A DNA stretch of 64,000 bases, taken from NCBI GenBank assembly GCA_905178155.1, contig CAJINV010000025.1:1-64000 (forward strand), written 5' to 3'. This stretch comes from Amoebophrya sp. A120. Taxonomy: Eukaryota > Protista > Dinoflagellata. The notes under the pieces are model-generated. The model was not told the DNA's origin and did no database searches. It saw only the letters and a list, made by a program, of their open reading frames with translations. Position numbers and translations under genes: made by a program. Of the stretch, positions 25,401-37,200 are shown piece after piece. Position 1 is the first letter of the stretch; every line of letters begins with the position of its first letter.

Positions 25401-27087
25401 CCTGTACTACTACCTTCACGCACCAGTTCTGGTACGTGGCCGCGCTCACGATCATCCCCAGCTCCTTCATCTTGTCAATCTGGACAAGAACCTTCCCGCC
25501 TGCGATCTGTCTCTCGATCTCCGTTGCTTCTGCGGTCAGGGGATGCTTGTCCCGCTCAGTTTCGAGTCCTGCGCGCTGTAGCCTGAAACCGCGCACCCGC
25601 TTGTTCGCCATTCGCTGAAGCCGCCGCACCTGCGCGTGCATGTGGCGGACGGATTCATCTCCTGGTGGTAGGGGGTCGGTCAGCTGGCATGACCACAGCT
25701 GCATTTTCTCGGACTGGTGGGGCAGCTCTGCTAGTGTCTTGATCTTCTTTGCGGCTGTCACGGCGGATCTTGTGTAGTAGCGCATTCGCGGCGCTGCTAC
25801 GCGCTGCATCTGGATGGCGTCCGAGACGAAGCGGCGTACTTCTGGGTGGCTGGCTTTTACTATTTCCCCCCGCAGGCGCAGCAGCTCCTTGCGTTCCCAC
25901 TCGTATCGCCACGTTACCAACATCCGGGAGCTGCTTGGCAACTTCCGCATGTGGAGCAGGTAGTCGACCTTCCGCCTCGCTCTTTGTCGAGCAGGCCCGA
26001 CGACTACGTTGCCCCCATCGACAATGCTACGCAGCTTGTATTCTGCAAACTCGAAGGGGTGGCCTCTCCGCGCGAGCAACATCTGCAGCGGGCACGCTTT
26101 GGTGCGTTTCTGGCCTAGGTACTTCGCCAGAATGTGCAAGTTGCGGCGGTCGTATATGTTTACCGGCCCCGTGGTCTTTGCCTGGGCTTGGGCTAGCATA
26201 TCGCTGTAGGTTTTCCCCCGGTCGCCGATTTGTTCGTTTTTCCGTGGTCGGACTGCTAGTAGTGTGGACGTTGGAATACTGATGTGGGAGAGCTCGCGTT
26301 GCCACTGCGGTGGCCGGCCCCGTCGCTTCTGCCGTTTCTTTCTCGTTTCGCCGTGCTCAAGCTCGCCGTAAAGGTGCTGGTCGTCGTCCTCCAGCGAGCC
26401 AAACAATGCGCCCGCACTGTTTAGCTCCGGTCGCAACATCCGGATCAAAACCAGCTCGGCGCGCCGAGCTTCGCCGACCAATCCGCAAACCCGGATCGCC
26501 ATAAATCGGACTATACCGTCCGAGTACTTCTTCTTTGGGCTGTTTTGCAGAAGGGCAAGGCGGTGCTGGTTGTAGCGCTCGAAAATGTTGAGCGTCGACC
26601 CGATATACAACTCCCCCTTCCTGTTCCAATATGCGTAAACCAGGCCGGGGCGCTGGTCTTCGCTACACCGGGCCGAGTGCTTGCCGCGCCTTTTTCATGC
26701 TGCGTTCTGCTTCGAGATTGCTATTGCTCGGCGCTGCAACGTGTCAACTTCCGGTATGTCTGCGGGGTCAAGGAGCTTCGTGTACTTGCGAAGCTGCTTG
26801 TCTAGTCGTCGTAGTCGTCGCCTCAACCTCTCGTCGCTTGCGTCTTGATATTCCCGGACTGCTTCAATGTAGTTCTGTTGTAGTTCTTCGTAGTTGCGTC
26901 GTGTTGTTTCTATTGCGGCTTCGAGTAGATCCCCTACTCGTGGCTGTTTCTTCTTCTTGCTGTTGCTGTGCTCCATTTTGCACTTGTTGCTCGTCGTCGT
27001 TGTTTGCTGTTCCTCTCGTTTTTCTCGTTTCTATACCGACCCGCCGTCCGTTCGTCTCGAAACAAACGCGGAAAAGAGCCGGGCTAT
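22500..27087 (-). mobile_element. Penelope-like retroelement with permuted (N-terminal) GIY-YIG endonuclease, Naiad/Chlamys-type architecture; 3' boundary uncertain
   Basis: Single long intron-free ORF with endonuclease and reverse transcriptase motifs and an A-rich 5' UTR. A 50-bp exact direct repeat (21578-21627 = 27088-27137) brackets the region. Confidence 0.8.
22915..26976 (-). CDS. Penelope-like polyprotein: N-terminal coiled coil, in-frame TGA (26695-26697), GIY-YIG endonuclease, reverse transcriptase, long C-terminal extension
   Basis: GIY-YIG: GLVYAYWNRKGELYIGSTLNIFERYNQH...E...PELN. Penelope-type RT motifs: VQIDK, YIYVLPKGK...FRKIVS, IIDAVVFFERI, GTPIGGICS, RFVDD. The 93-aa ORF 26695-26976 is in the same frame as the 1231-aa ORF. 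Confidence 0.85.
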
Positions 27088-28902
27088 AAACCTCTCTTGC
27101 TACAGGTTACAGCACATGTATCCTCATATTTCTTCACAAAAACAAATAACATGATCATCTCCCTGCCTGACTTTCTGTTGACTTGACTGGTGTGCAATTC
27201 AAGTTTGAAAAGCATAGTTTCAGGTCAAAGGAACAAGGCACTTGTGGCGGAAAATGACCCGTTATTTTTGCAATACTTAATACAGCCGTGGCACGACAGG
27301 CGCGGTGCAGCCGGCAGGCGTGTCTAGTGTAGTATCAGTCGTACGGTAATAAAGCGGTATCATTTTTTATTTTTACATTAATTTTCAAGTTCAAGACCCC
27401 CAAATTACAAATCAAATTAAGCACTTAAGAAGAAGAACGTACAAAAAGCCCACTATAATATTTTTTGCAGATTTAACATAGACGCACATAATTTCTAAAA
27501 AAAGAAAAAAAATCTCTCCCCCACCGGGTTCGACGTTGCAGACGAGAACATTATAGTCGAAACTCCTTTTTTTAAAGGTCTTATGTGCATGTGTATTTCT
27601 TCGATCCCAAGAAGTAGTACATTATGCTTACCGTTTCTACGGTTCAGGAAAATTCCCCTGATGTTATCCTCGGATTCGCACGCGTTTTGGTTGTGGTTTA
27701 TTTTCTCGTTGTTTCATCTCGAGCAACGTGCGATGGTAGGGAGACGAGTAACCTTATTTACTAGCTTCGCGCACAAGGAAGAACCGCAAGAAAACAAAAT
27801 CCGTGAAGATATTATAGGGAATGCGATCTAGTAGAAGCGTGCTGTGCGACTTTTTTTGTGCTTTTACATGGCATTCATATTTTTGTGCTCAGATGAGGAT
27901 AAAAACAATAAACGTTTAAAGCACGACTCACTCGCCGAAAATAGTAAGTGGAAAGACTAAGACACCAAGGTAAGTAATATTTGAGGAAGTGGCGAACTAC
28001 ATTCTTACCAGGAGCCGCACCACGACCGAAGTACTTATACAATATTATTACCGCGTACTAATTATGGAATGTGGAGGTGGTGTAGTCACTGCACTAAATT
28101 CTGCTTCACTGAGTATGAAATTTTTTATCTGAGCATGACTATATTTAACAAGCCCGCGGCAAGTCGAGCGACGTCGAATCTACTTATTATGAAAATGAAA
28201 AAAATTATCAATGCATTCCCCCCGAATCGAAGAAAAGGAAAAAATAAAAACGCGAGATGGACGCACGACGTCGTGTGTCGGAGCTGCGTTTTTGATAAAT
28301 GCAGTCCTATGTAGTTGTTCCGTGTTCTTCACCCCTTCGACTACTGTAACTGTTCACGTTCTCCTGCCAGAAGGTCAGAATAGCAATGCTTTTAAATGAA
28401 GTACCCTCAGGAGTAGAGCGAGAGGGCAGGCTGAGAAATATTAAGGTAAACTACAGTGTGAACAACTTGAGAAGTGTGAACTGTGAAGGGGGCCCGTGAG
28501 GAGCGGGCATTTATTTTCCACCACATATGATGAAGTAAGATAAAGATAAAGATTAAGTGACAAACTGTGCTTGATAGATCGTTCCTTTTCAGCTGGTGCA
28601 GTGGAGAGAGCTTTGGAAAGAAGTAGAACCGCGAGACCACGAGTGCTGGTCTGGGGCAACGACAAGCCCTCATCCGGAATAAATGGTCCTCAAGGCGACT
28701 CTTCTTTCATCTACTGCACAGAGGTGCGAGCTGAGAGCGTTGTAGAAATACCTATAGAAGTAAAGCTAATTTACTCCGGTAAATATACTTGATTTTACGT
28801 CTTGCCTGTTAGCTGTACAACACGTTCAACGCGCCGAAATAGAGGCACAAAAACGCTATTGCATTGCCGTTGCTGCAAGAAACAACAAGAATAAAACAAC
28901 AC

Positions 28903-30330
28903 CATGGGTCAGGCTGACACTGCGGCACCGCCGGACGCGGTCTATGCGACTGCACTCCTCCTCGTCCCCCTCTACCTCATCTGTCATGTGTAAAAGCAGA
29001 AGCACTGTTCGCATGACAAATTTTGGAGTACCTATTTTCTACAGTCCGGGTACAGCACGACGAGAAGATCTGTCATGCAGAGGGCACACGTGTCTGCCGT
29101 TGCTCGCGTTGCTGTTCATGCCTTAGTAGTATATCAAAAATGAGAGGAAGAAGTTGTACAACTAAGTTCTTGTCAACTCGTCTCATGCGGGGCGATGGTG
29201 CTTGTGTTGCGGTTGTTCATGCGAGGACGAGAGACGACGAGGGGGAGTGAGTGTTGCGCTGTGATACGGTCAAGATGCTCCACACGACAACCGGGGGCGG
29301 CGGCGGGAGCAGCAGCAGCAGCACTTCTGCCGCGGCGTTGGATACCGTGGAGGCGCACAACAAGACCTATCGACCCTGTCTCGACGGCCCGAACACCGTG
29401 GGAATGAATGCCAGGTTCGACACGCTCCCGCTCAACTATCCTGTGCAAAAGGAGGACCGTACTCGTCGTACTGGTGGCAGTTTGTGCATGGCAAATATTC
29501 TTTCTTCTTAGGCTAAATCAGCGTGACAAATTCCACCACGTGTAACAATGCTGAGCAGGTTTGTTTGCAATTTCTATTTCTACTAGAAAGAAGTACAAGT
29601 ACGTCCACGATGCTTTTGCTAAAATTCATATCACTCCGATGTCATCAAAACGGATTTTAAACCACCTGCCCTGTATCAAAATCAAATATGTCTGGGTCTG
29701 GAAACCTATGTGGATGACGGAACTACTTCCGAATGCAGCCCAGCATGACAACTTTCCAGAACCACGCTTTCTCATACGCAATCCGCATGTAGAAGGGCCT
29801 TTTTTCATGACAAAAGTGGCTGCGACTTTTGTTGGCTCTGCAATGCAGATTTTCCAGGGATGGAAAGCTAGCATTACAAGTTTCACTTTTCCAGATCCAA
29901 ACGTATTTGCATTTGATACCCTGCGCGATCCCACAATACGTGTCCGACGGAGACTATCTGCAGCAGGATACCAAGAAGAAAAATCCCCCCTCCCCATATC
30001 AAAACGGGAACCTGTGATGCAGATTTGTGGTCACAAATCTTCAGCTTTGTCATGCTAGAAGGGAAAAGATGCGGACTGAACGTAGTGCTGGGGGGTGTGG
30101 AAAAGCCTTGCATCTTCAGCATGACAGGAGGCAGCTGGAAGTGGGAAACAGAATGACAATATATGCCAGCAAACGAGGCCGCAGCTGCGCCTGCGGCTCT
30201 TGGCCTTCTAGCAACACAAGTCGACTCGTGTAAGTACTCAAATACGGACTCACAAACTTCGTTTTCGGTTTGGGGAGGGGGGATTTTTCCTTTTGATACG
30301 AGAGCTCGCGTCGTCTGCTAGTTCCGTGGC
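28903..30330 (+). CDS. Probable exons of an unknown, possibly degraded gene interrupted by introners
   Basis: ATG at 28903; exon-like stretch 29260-29437; introners J ~28943-29160, C ~29438-29600, A 29674-29918 and D 29969-30298. Not all frames were verified. Confidence 0.35.
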
Positions 30331-31860
30331 TTTGCCCGTGCGGGGAAGAAATTATCTGCCGGGGTATAAAACTGTTTGTGATGTACTACGCGAAAATTAA
30401 ATTGCAAAAGAGAACTCGTGCGCCACTAAGTACCTGTTATTTACTTACTTAGATTCAAAACAAAAACGAGTGTAGTAATGAAGACGGGGTGTGGTGTTAC
30501 TGTTAGTCGTGTCAAGATTATTGTTGTCATGATGTGACGTTACGAGAACAAGAATACTTATTAGGACGTAGTCGTAGACCTGTAGTTCTTGCAGATGAAC
30601 AACCGATTATGACCTGAAAAATACAACAGGCCCGACCTGCGCGAAACCCGATTTCACATGGGCTTCCAGCGCCGCGCACAGTCGGAAATCCGGCAAGGTA
30701 GCCAACCGAAAAAAAAATCTCAATCTGAAACGATAGTGCAGTAGACTCAGCAAAGCAATTTCATCATTTCTCCACCGCATGTTGTTGACACCTAAACAAG
30801 TCCGAGATCTTCATGCGCCGTCCTCAGAAAGAGAAAACACAAAGAAAAACCCAAATTCTTGCATGTCGAGCAGCATGAGGACAAAAAGAGGTCCAAAAGA
30901 AGAACTTTCTTCGCATGACAAGCTCTGAGAGTCAGTGAGACAGCTTTTTCTTCCCATACGAGATGCGCCCCGATTGCAGCGCGAGTTGCAGATCCAAACG
31001 AACCGAGATAAGTATAGTTTTCTTTTCGGTGCGGTAAGTACCTGTCATGCGTAATAAACCTGACGAAAATCAAAATCCTCATTCGAACTTGTATCTCTAG
31101 ATGGGTGAAGATTCTGGGTCTTCGATAAAGACATCGAGACCGTCATGCGGTTTTGTTTAGCAGCGTCGGGCCTGTCGCTCGCAATTACCTCCAGTGCACA
31201 AAAAAAATCAACAACAGCTACTTTCAGTCCGTGCAAGATTTATGGGATGTGGAAACCATTGCAGAAGTGCGGTGGTCGTTTTAAAAATTCTCTTTGCATG
31301 GTAGTTAAAAATTCAATCTGACACTCTGTTTCTTTTCGGAAAAGGAAGAAAGGCAAATTATGCATCGAAGAAGGTGCACTGTTGTGCATCCTAAGCATTA
31401 CAATTTTTCTTTTTTGTGTTCGGACGAACAAGTAGACACAGCACGAGCACCAGCTTGGGTGAAGGTTTCCTCCCACTTCATACCGTGGCTGGAAAAACTA
31501 CAAGGAAGACTATACGTTCAACGTTTTAAACGGTGAAGGGTACGGGCGCGAAGGCGAATTTCTACAGGTCGGAAGAAGACTGCTGAAGGGCCCGAACAGC
31601 GTCCTGTTTTCGGAACACGAGAAGGAAAAGCAGATGCGAGAGGTAAGTAAGTACCACAGTTGTACTTCTTGTCTTCACATGTTTTGATGAGAACCTGCCA
31701 CGAGAATTGATTCAAGTGCGCAGTAGACAGATGATCTTTTTATTTGTAGGTAGTCTAGTGTGCTGTCGTGGCTTATAAGCAAAGTAAAGTAGACTTAGAC
31801 AAATAAATTAAACACGACCCTCAGCGCGGCGGTCCGTTCCGCTACCACGCGTACCCGCCC

Positions 31861-32647
31861 ATGCTGCCGTCGAAAAACCAAGAAAAGGCACTTATCAAAT
31901 GTAAAAATGTCTGGGTCTGGAAGAATGCAAGTTTGTCATGCTTGTCTCACGTGACTGTTGAATTTGTCATGCACATTACACAAGAGCCCCATTTTTCTGT
32001 CATGCAAAAACGCAGTTTGTCATGCAGAATAGGCAACACCTAGAAGCTGAAGCTCAGAAACTTGTCATGCTGAGCCAGCACTTCTGGCCTCCTCATGATA
32101 CGCCACCCAGCATCTTCACAAGTTTCCAGACCCAGACATTTTTGCATTTGATAGCACTGGCAAGTGACGGATTTCTGCAGACCAAGCGGGAGTCGGTGAT
32201 CATCGGGTACCCTGAGTAAAAACGTCCTCTCCCCACAGTTGTGATGCAGATTTGCAATTGCAGAAAAATTTGTAATGCGCGCATCCCAATGACAAGGGCG
32301 ATAGATTTTTAATCGTGTTTTGGAATATGTAATGCTGTAAACAGGATAAGCAGATAGATTTCGATTTGTCATGTGGCTCTCCTTGCTAACCTGCACTACA
32401 CTACGGACTGCAGCTTGTCATGCGTGATTCCCAAAATTTCCAGGTTTGTGTTGCAAAGTCCCCATCTTGCCCATGGTGTGGGGAGGTTTTCTCTCAGGAT
32501 GTCGGGTATCCAAGAATCGATGCGGCGAAGCGCATCAAGCTGCCGAGCCAGGGGACCCGGGAAATCTATGCGCACCTCCAAGACGGCGCAACGCAGGCCT
32601 ACTATCCCCCCACCACCAAGACAAGGTCGCAGATCGTGTTTGGATAG
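31861..32647 (+). CDS. Short or terminal exons of an unknown protein (two introners)
   Basis: Removing A 31893-32153 and B 32208-32501 gives MLPSKNQEKALASDGFLQTKRESVIIGYPRIDAAKRIKLPSQGTREIYAHLQDGATQAYYPPTTKTRSQIVFG*. It may be the 3' end of a longer gene. Confidence 0.55.
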
Positions 32648-34288
32648 AGGATGAAGCAGAAACACATGATAAAAACTGAAGCTGTTCGGGATACGCGTCG
32701 GGAAAAGAAGATGTTCTGGAACAAGAAGTAGGGCGGGAGCCGTGTGAGTTTTCTATCCTAGAAGCACAGAAATTGATGAACTGTGAACTGCCTCAAACAG
32801 TCACTGCTTTAGATCTTTAGTATACAACTTATTGCACCCAAAATTGATGAATGTCGATAGCAAGATTTTCTGTTGAAGAACCTTAGATTTTTAATCGAGC
32901 GAAGCAACATGTTGCCGCGATTTGATTCGATATATAGAGACGAGCGCTAAAAAGGAGAAGTAGTTGATGAAAAAAGTACTTGATGAATTTCGTGAACATG
33001 ATATTTTAGCACACGGTCGTGTGATTGCAGCCTGGCACTGGCAGCCACTCCGTGTACGAGATAAAAGAGAGATTCCTAGAATCAGACACACAAGAAGCAT
33101 AAGAATGCCCGTTGTATTAAAATATGGACACTGGTGACTGATACAGATATTGAAACGTCGATGAATAAGATAAAATGCACCTGTGACAACGAAACCTCAT
33201 GATCAGCACGACCCCTTGTAACAACTATTTTGTACTATGACCTTACGTGACGAGAAACTACAGCTCAAAGAAGAACAGCTAAGATATGGAAGTAGAGTTG
33301 TCGACAACGACAACAACCCGAGAGGAGGACGAGCAGAACACTGTGAAGAAGAGGACCCTTTGTACCAACCAATGCCATAGCAAAAGAAGTTCTAGACAGA
33401 CGAGCAGTTACTATTTTGAGTGCGCAAAGAAAGTCACGTTCTTGGCTGGCCCTACCGCATCAAAATCGCGTTTAAAAATTCGTTCGATGTTCGACTTCGA
33501 TTCGCAAGCGAAACAGCTCGATGGTTTCTTCTGACGTTCTCCAGCGGCCGTCGGGTCTGCACGTCGGTAAGTACTTCGAGTTGCTCGAGAAGACAAAACC
33601 GGTTTAGAAGTTCTTTCAGAAGTAGTTTATTCAGTGTATGTAAAACTAAAACTCAGTAAACTTTGATGTTATCTCCCTTCGAGGTGGTCAGTCTTCCTTC
33701 TTTCGTGGTTGCCGGTAACACCGAGGAGCGAGAGATGATTGAAAAAATTCGTGTGTTACTTCTTTGCATTTTTCCAAAAGACTGTGCAAGAAAACTACCC
33801 ACTGCTTGACGTGGTCAACAAGCACCCGCTCCTTACGGAAGAAGATGCTGCACACATTGAAGCAAGTGGGAAATAAATGTTGATACAAGGTGTACTGAAG
33901 ACATTGACGAGTGGTGCAGAAGTGCGACTAAGTACATGGACCGCGCTGACACAGCACGCAGATGTACAGTCATGACTCTTTTATCTAAAGCACATGGATT
34001 CACTGAAATTTTTTAGGATTTTTTTCGTCGGGGTTGGAGAGAGGTGGTATAGAAAAAAACAAAGATACAAGAACTTCTCCACTACAACCTCCGACGAGAG
34101 GACCTCGGACGAGCGGAGCAACATTATGCGACCCGACACTTCTCGCGACCCGTCGTGCTGAAAACAACATGCGACAGCACAGCAACTCACGGAAAGAAGA
34201 TGAACACGCGGAAGAAGTTCTACTTTTGACCACTTTCTTTCTTCACTGTCCTCGTTAATTATAGCCTTGGCGCTATGGTAGCAGGCGA

Positions 34289-37200
34289 ATGTCCGGCACG
34301 ACAGGGGAAGCAGTAGAAGCAGCGTGCAACGACGACCTGACAGAGGACATCAACGGAGTAGACGTCCCCACTGGTCGGATCACTCGTCGCATTTCTACGC
34401 AAACCGACTTCGGCGAAGACTACAGCGGCGCAAGCTTCTCCCCACAGCAGCAGCAGGACCAGCACGACCACTTTTCTTCCTCTCTCCACGACCCGGTCGC
34501 ACTCGCTGCCGTTGCAGCCGCGAGGGACAGGCATCAAGTAGAGCACAGCGTTTCTGTGGAAGAGCCGGTAAACTGCTGCGTCTCCGTGACCGCCAAGCGG
34601 CTGTGGTATTCTGAGTAAAAACGTCCCCATACGACCAGAGTCAAGATGGAAAATCAGCTAGACAAATCGGCCAACTTTGGTTGTTTCGCATGACAAGTTT
34701 CGATCCTTGTAGTGTAATCCTGTTTAGCTAGTTCAGCAGCATGACAGGTCTAGCATATCATGCCACTTCTAGCATCACAAATCCCAAAGCACGACTAGAA
34801 AAAGCCTCGCATGGGGCTTCGCATGAGAACCTTTTTCGGCATGCAGATTTGCATGACAGCTCTGGGGCGGGGATGTTTTTACTCGGAATATGTGGACCAG
34901 CATGTTTCAGCGCGCTGCAGCTCCGGCGTTGCCGCCCTCCAACCTGCGGGCTGTATCCTGTGCAAAAGTACTATCGTACTCGTAGTAATCGCAGTCATGC
35001 ATTACAAATCTCCGTCCCAAGGTTAAACAGCATGACAAATTCCATGCGTCATGCTGAGCTAATTTGTATTGCAATTAGTACTAGCACGATACTTTTGCAA
35101 TTCATAGGCGGGGACAAGCGGCCACTCAGTAGCAGGCTCAACCAGCATCAGCCCGAATGAACAGGATTACTACACCGTGCGCTCCTACCAGACCGGTATT
35201 CTGAGTAAAAACGTCCCCACCCCAGAGTTGTCATGCAAATCTGCATGCCAAAAAAGTTTCTCATGCGGAGCCCCATGAGAAGCATTTTCTAGTCGTGTTT
35301 TGGATTTTGTGATGCTGGAATCGGCAGCACCGTAGGCTAGATCTGTGATGCTGCTGACCTACCTCAAACAGGATTGCACTACGAGGGCAAACTTGTCATG
35401 CGAAGCAACTACAGCTGGTTGATTTGTCTAGCAGATGTCCCATCTTGACTCTGGTGTGGGGACGTTTTTGCTCAGGATAACCGGGCTTCTACCTGGTTCG
35501 AAGACCTCCAGTCGCGGGTCCACCCCGACCTTTCAGTCCGCCTTGCAGAGTATGCATTGCAAATATGTCTGGATGTCTGGAAGGGTGTGAACTTGTGATG
35601 CGCATTTCACAAAATATACAAATCTCTCATGCGTAGGCAGCAAAAGATTTACTGCCACCAAAGTGGGGGATTTGTCATGTGGATTAGGCATTTATAATTG
35701 CGGAATCTTCATCTCCAAACCTGTGATGCTAGGGCTTTCATGCCAGAGCCTCTGTGTCATGCAAAAACTACAGCACGACTTCTTCCAGACCCACACATAT
35801 TTGCATTTGATACAGAGTCCGTTCGGGCAGAGCACGTCCGGAAAGATGTTGGCCACCACGACCCCGCATGACCACGTCCAGAGCGGGACACCATCATCAA
35901 CTACATCATTACTCACCGCTATGCAGCAGCGACACACCGTGGGAGGATCTTCTGTCGGAACAACATCTTCAAGTTCTGCTTCCTCTTCGCACCTGCTTTC
36001 CCATAGCAGCAGTGGCTCCAGGTTGCATCATCTTCACCAGCAGCAGCTGCGCACTGCGTCGCAATCGACGACGTCCTCCTCGTCCATGATGCATAGAGGG
36101 GCAGGAGGAGCTGCACCCGCGAATAACTACGCACCCGGGACGAGGACGAGCGCGACCGCAAGTAGTTCTTCCACCAGACCCGTTAGTGGTGCGGCTGCTA
36201 TGCATCATGCTGGTGCACAAGAACATCATCATCAATTGGCGCCAGCACAAAGTAGTAGCCACTTGCACGGGAGCAAGTCGTCCGGTGCGCTGCACCAGTC
36301 GAACCTGTTACAGCAGCAGCACGGAACATCAACAACCTCAAGCCACCCTGCGCGGAGCAGCTCACGGCCCCAGCTGCTCAACCGGCCACCGCTGCTGCAA
36401 AAACGGCCCTCGCGGGCGGACCTGCTGCAAAGTCGGCCGCGAGGGACCACGACGACGACGAACACCGGTGGTGCGGGGGGTGGTGCAGGCGCAGGTGTTG
36501 CTCCTGCTGTAGTGCAAGGACACCATCAGCAGCAGGGTACTAGTAGTACTTCTTCTACTACAGTGCGCCGAAGCGGTCAACACGGACTGGTGCAGCAGCA
36601 GCAAATAAACCCTGCAAGAACTTCTACTTCTAGTAGTTCATCTCCCTTGCAGAAGATTCCGAGTCCGACCTCGCTGGAGGAATTTATTCCTCATCCGGAT
36701 CAACATCTTGATGTCGCAGGTCCGTACCAGATCCGAGAACTGTCGTCGAGCCCACTGGAACACGACTCTGTGAAAATGAACGCTATGCCTTGCAAAAATG
36801 TCTGGGTCTGCAAGGTCGCAACCTGTCATGCTGTTTTTGGATTCTAGGAAAATTTGTGTTGCATGACCAGCAAGAGGGGTCCAGTTTGTGCTACACGGAC
36901 AGGGCATTTCTCATGCGGAAGGCGCATCAGGAAGCCCTCAGAATGTCTGTGATGCTAGGTCGTGCATTACAGGCATCATTGGCCATGAGAAATATGCATG
37001 ACAAATCTAGCATTCTTCCAGACCCAGACACTTTTGCAATTCATAAACGCTGGCGGGCCGCATTTGAAGCAATTTAGTAGATCTTCGGGTCCTGCTGCCG
37101 GTGGTGCCACCAGTTGTAGTACCACGGAAGCTGCCCCTGCTCTTGCAAGAACCGGAGCTAGTACTTTTTCCGGGATAAAAAAGACAACCGCTTCACCCAC

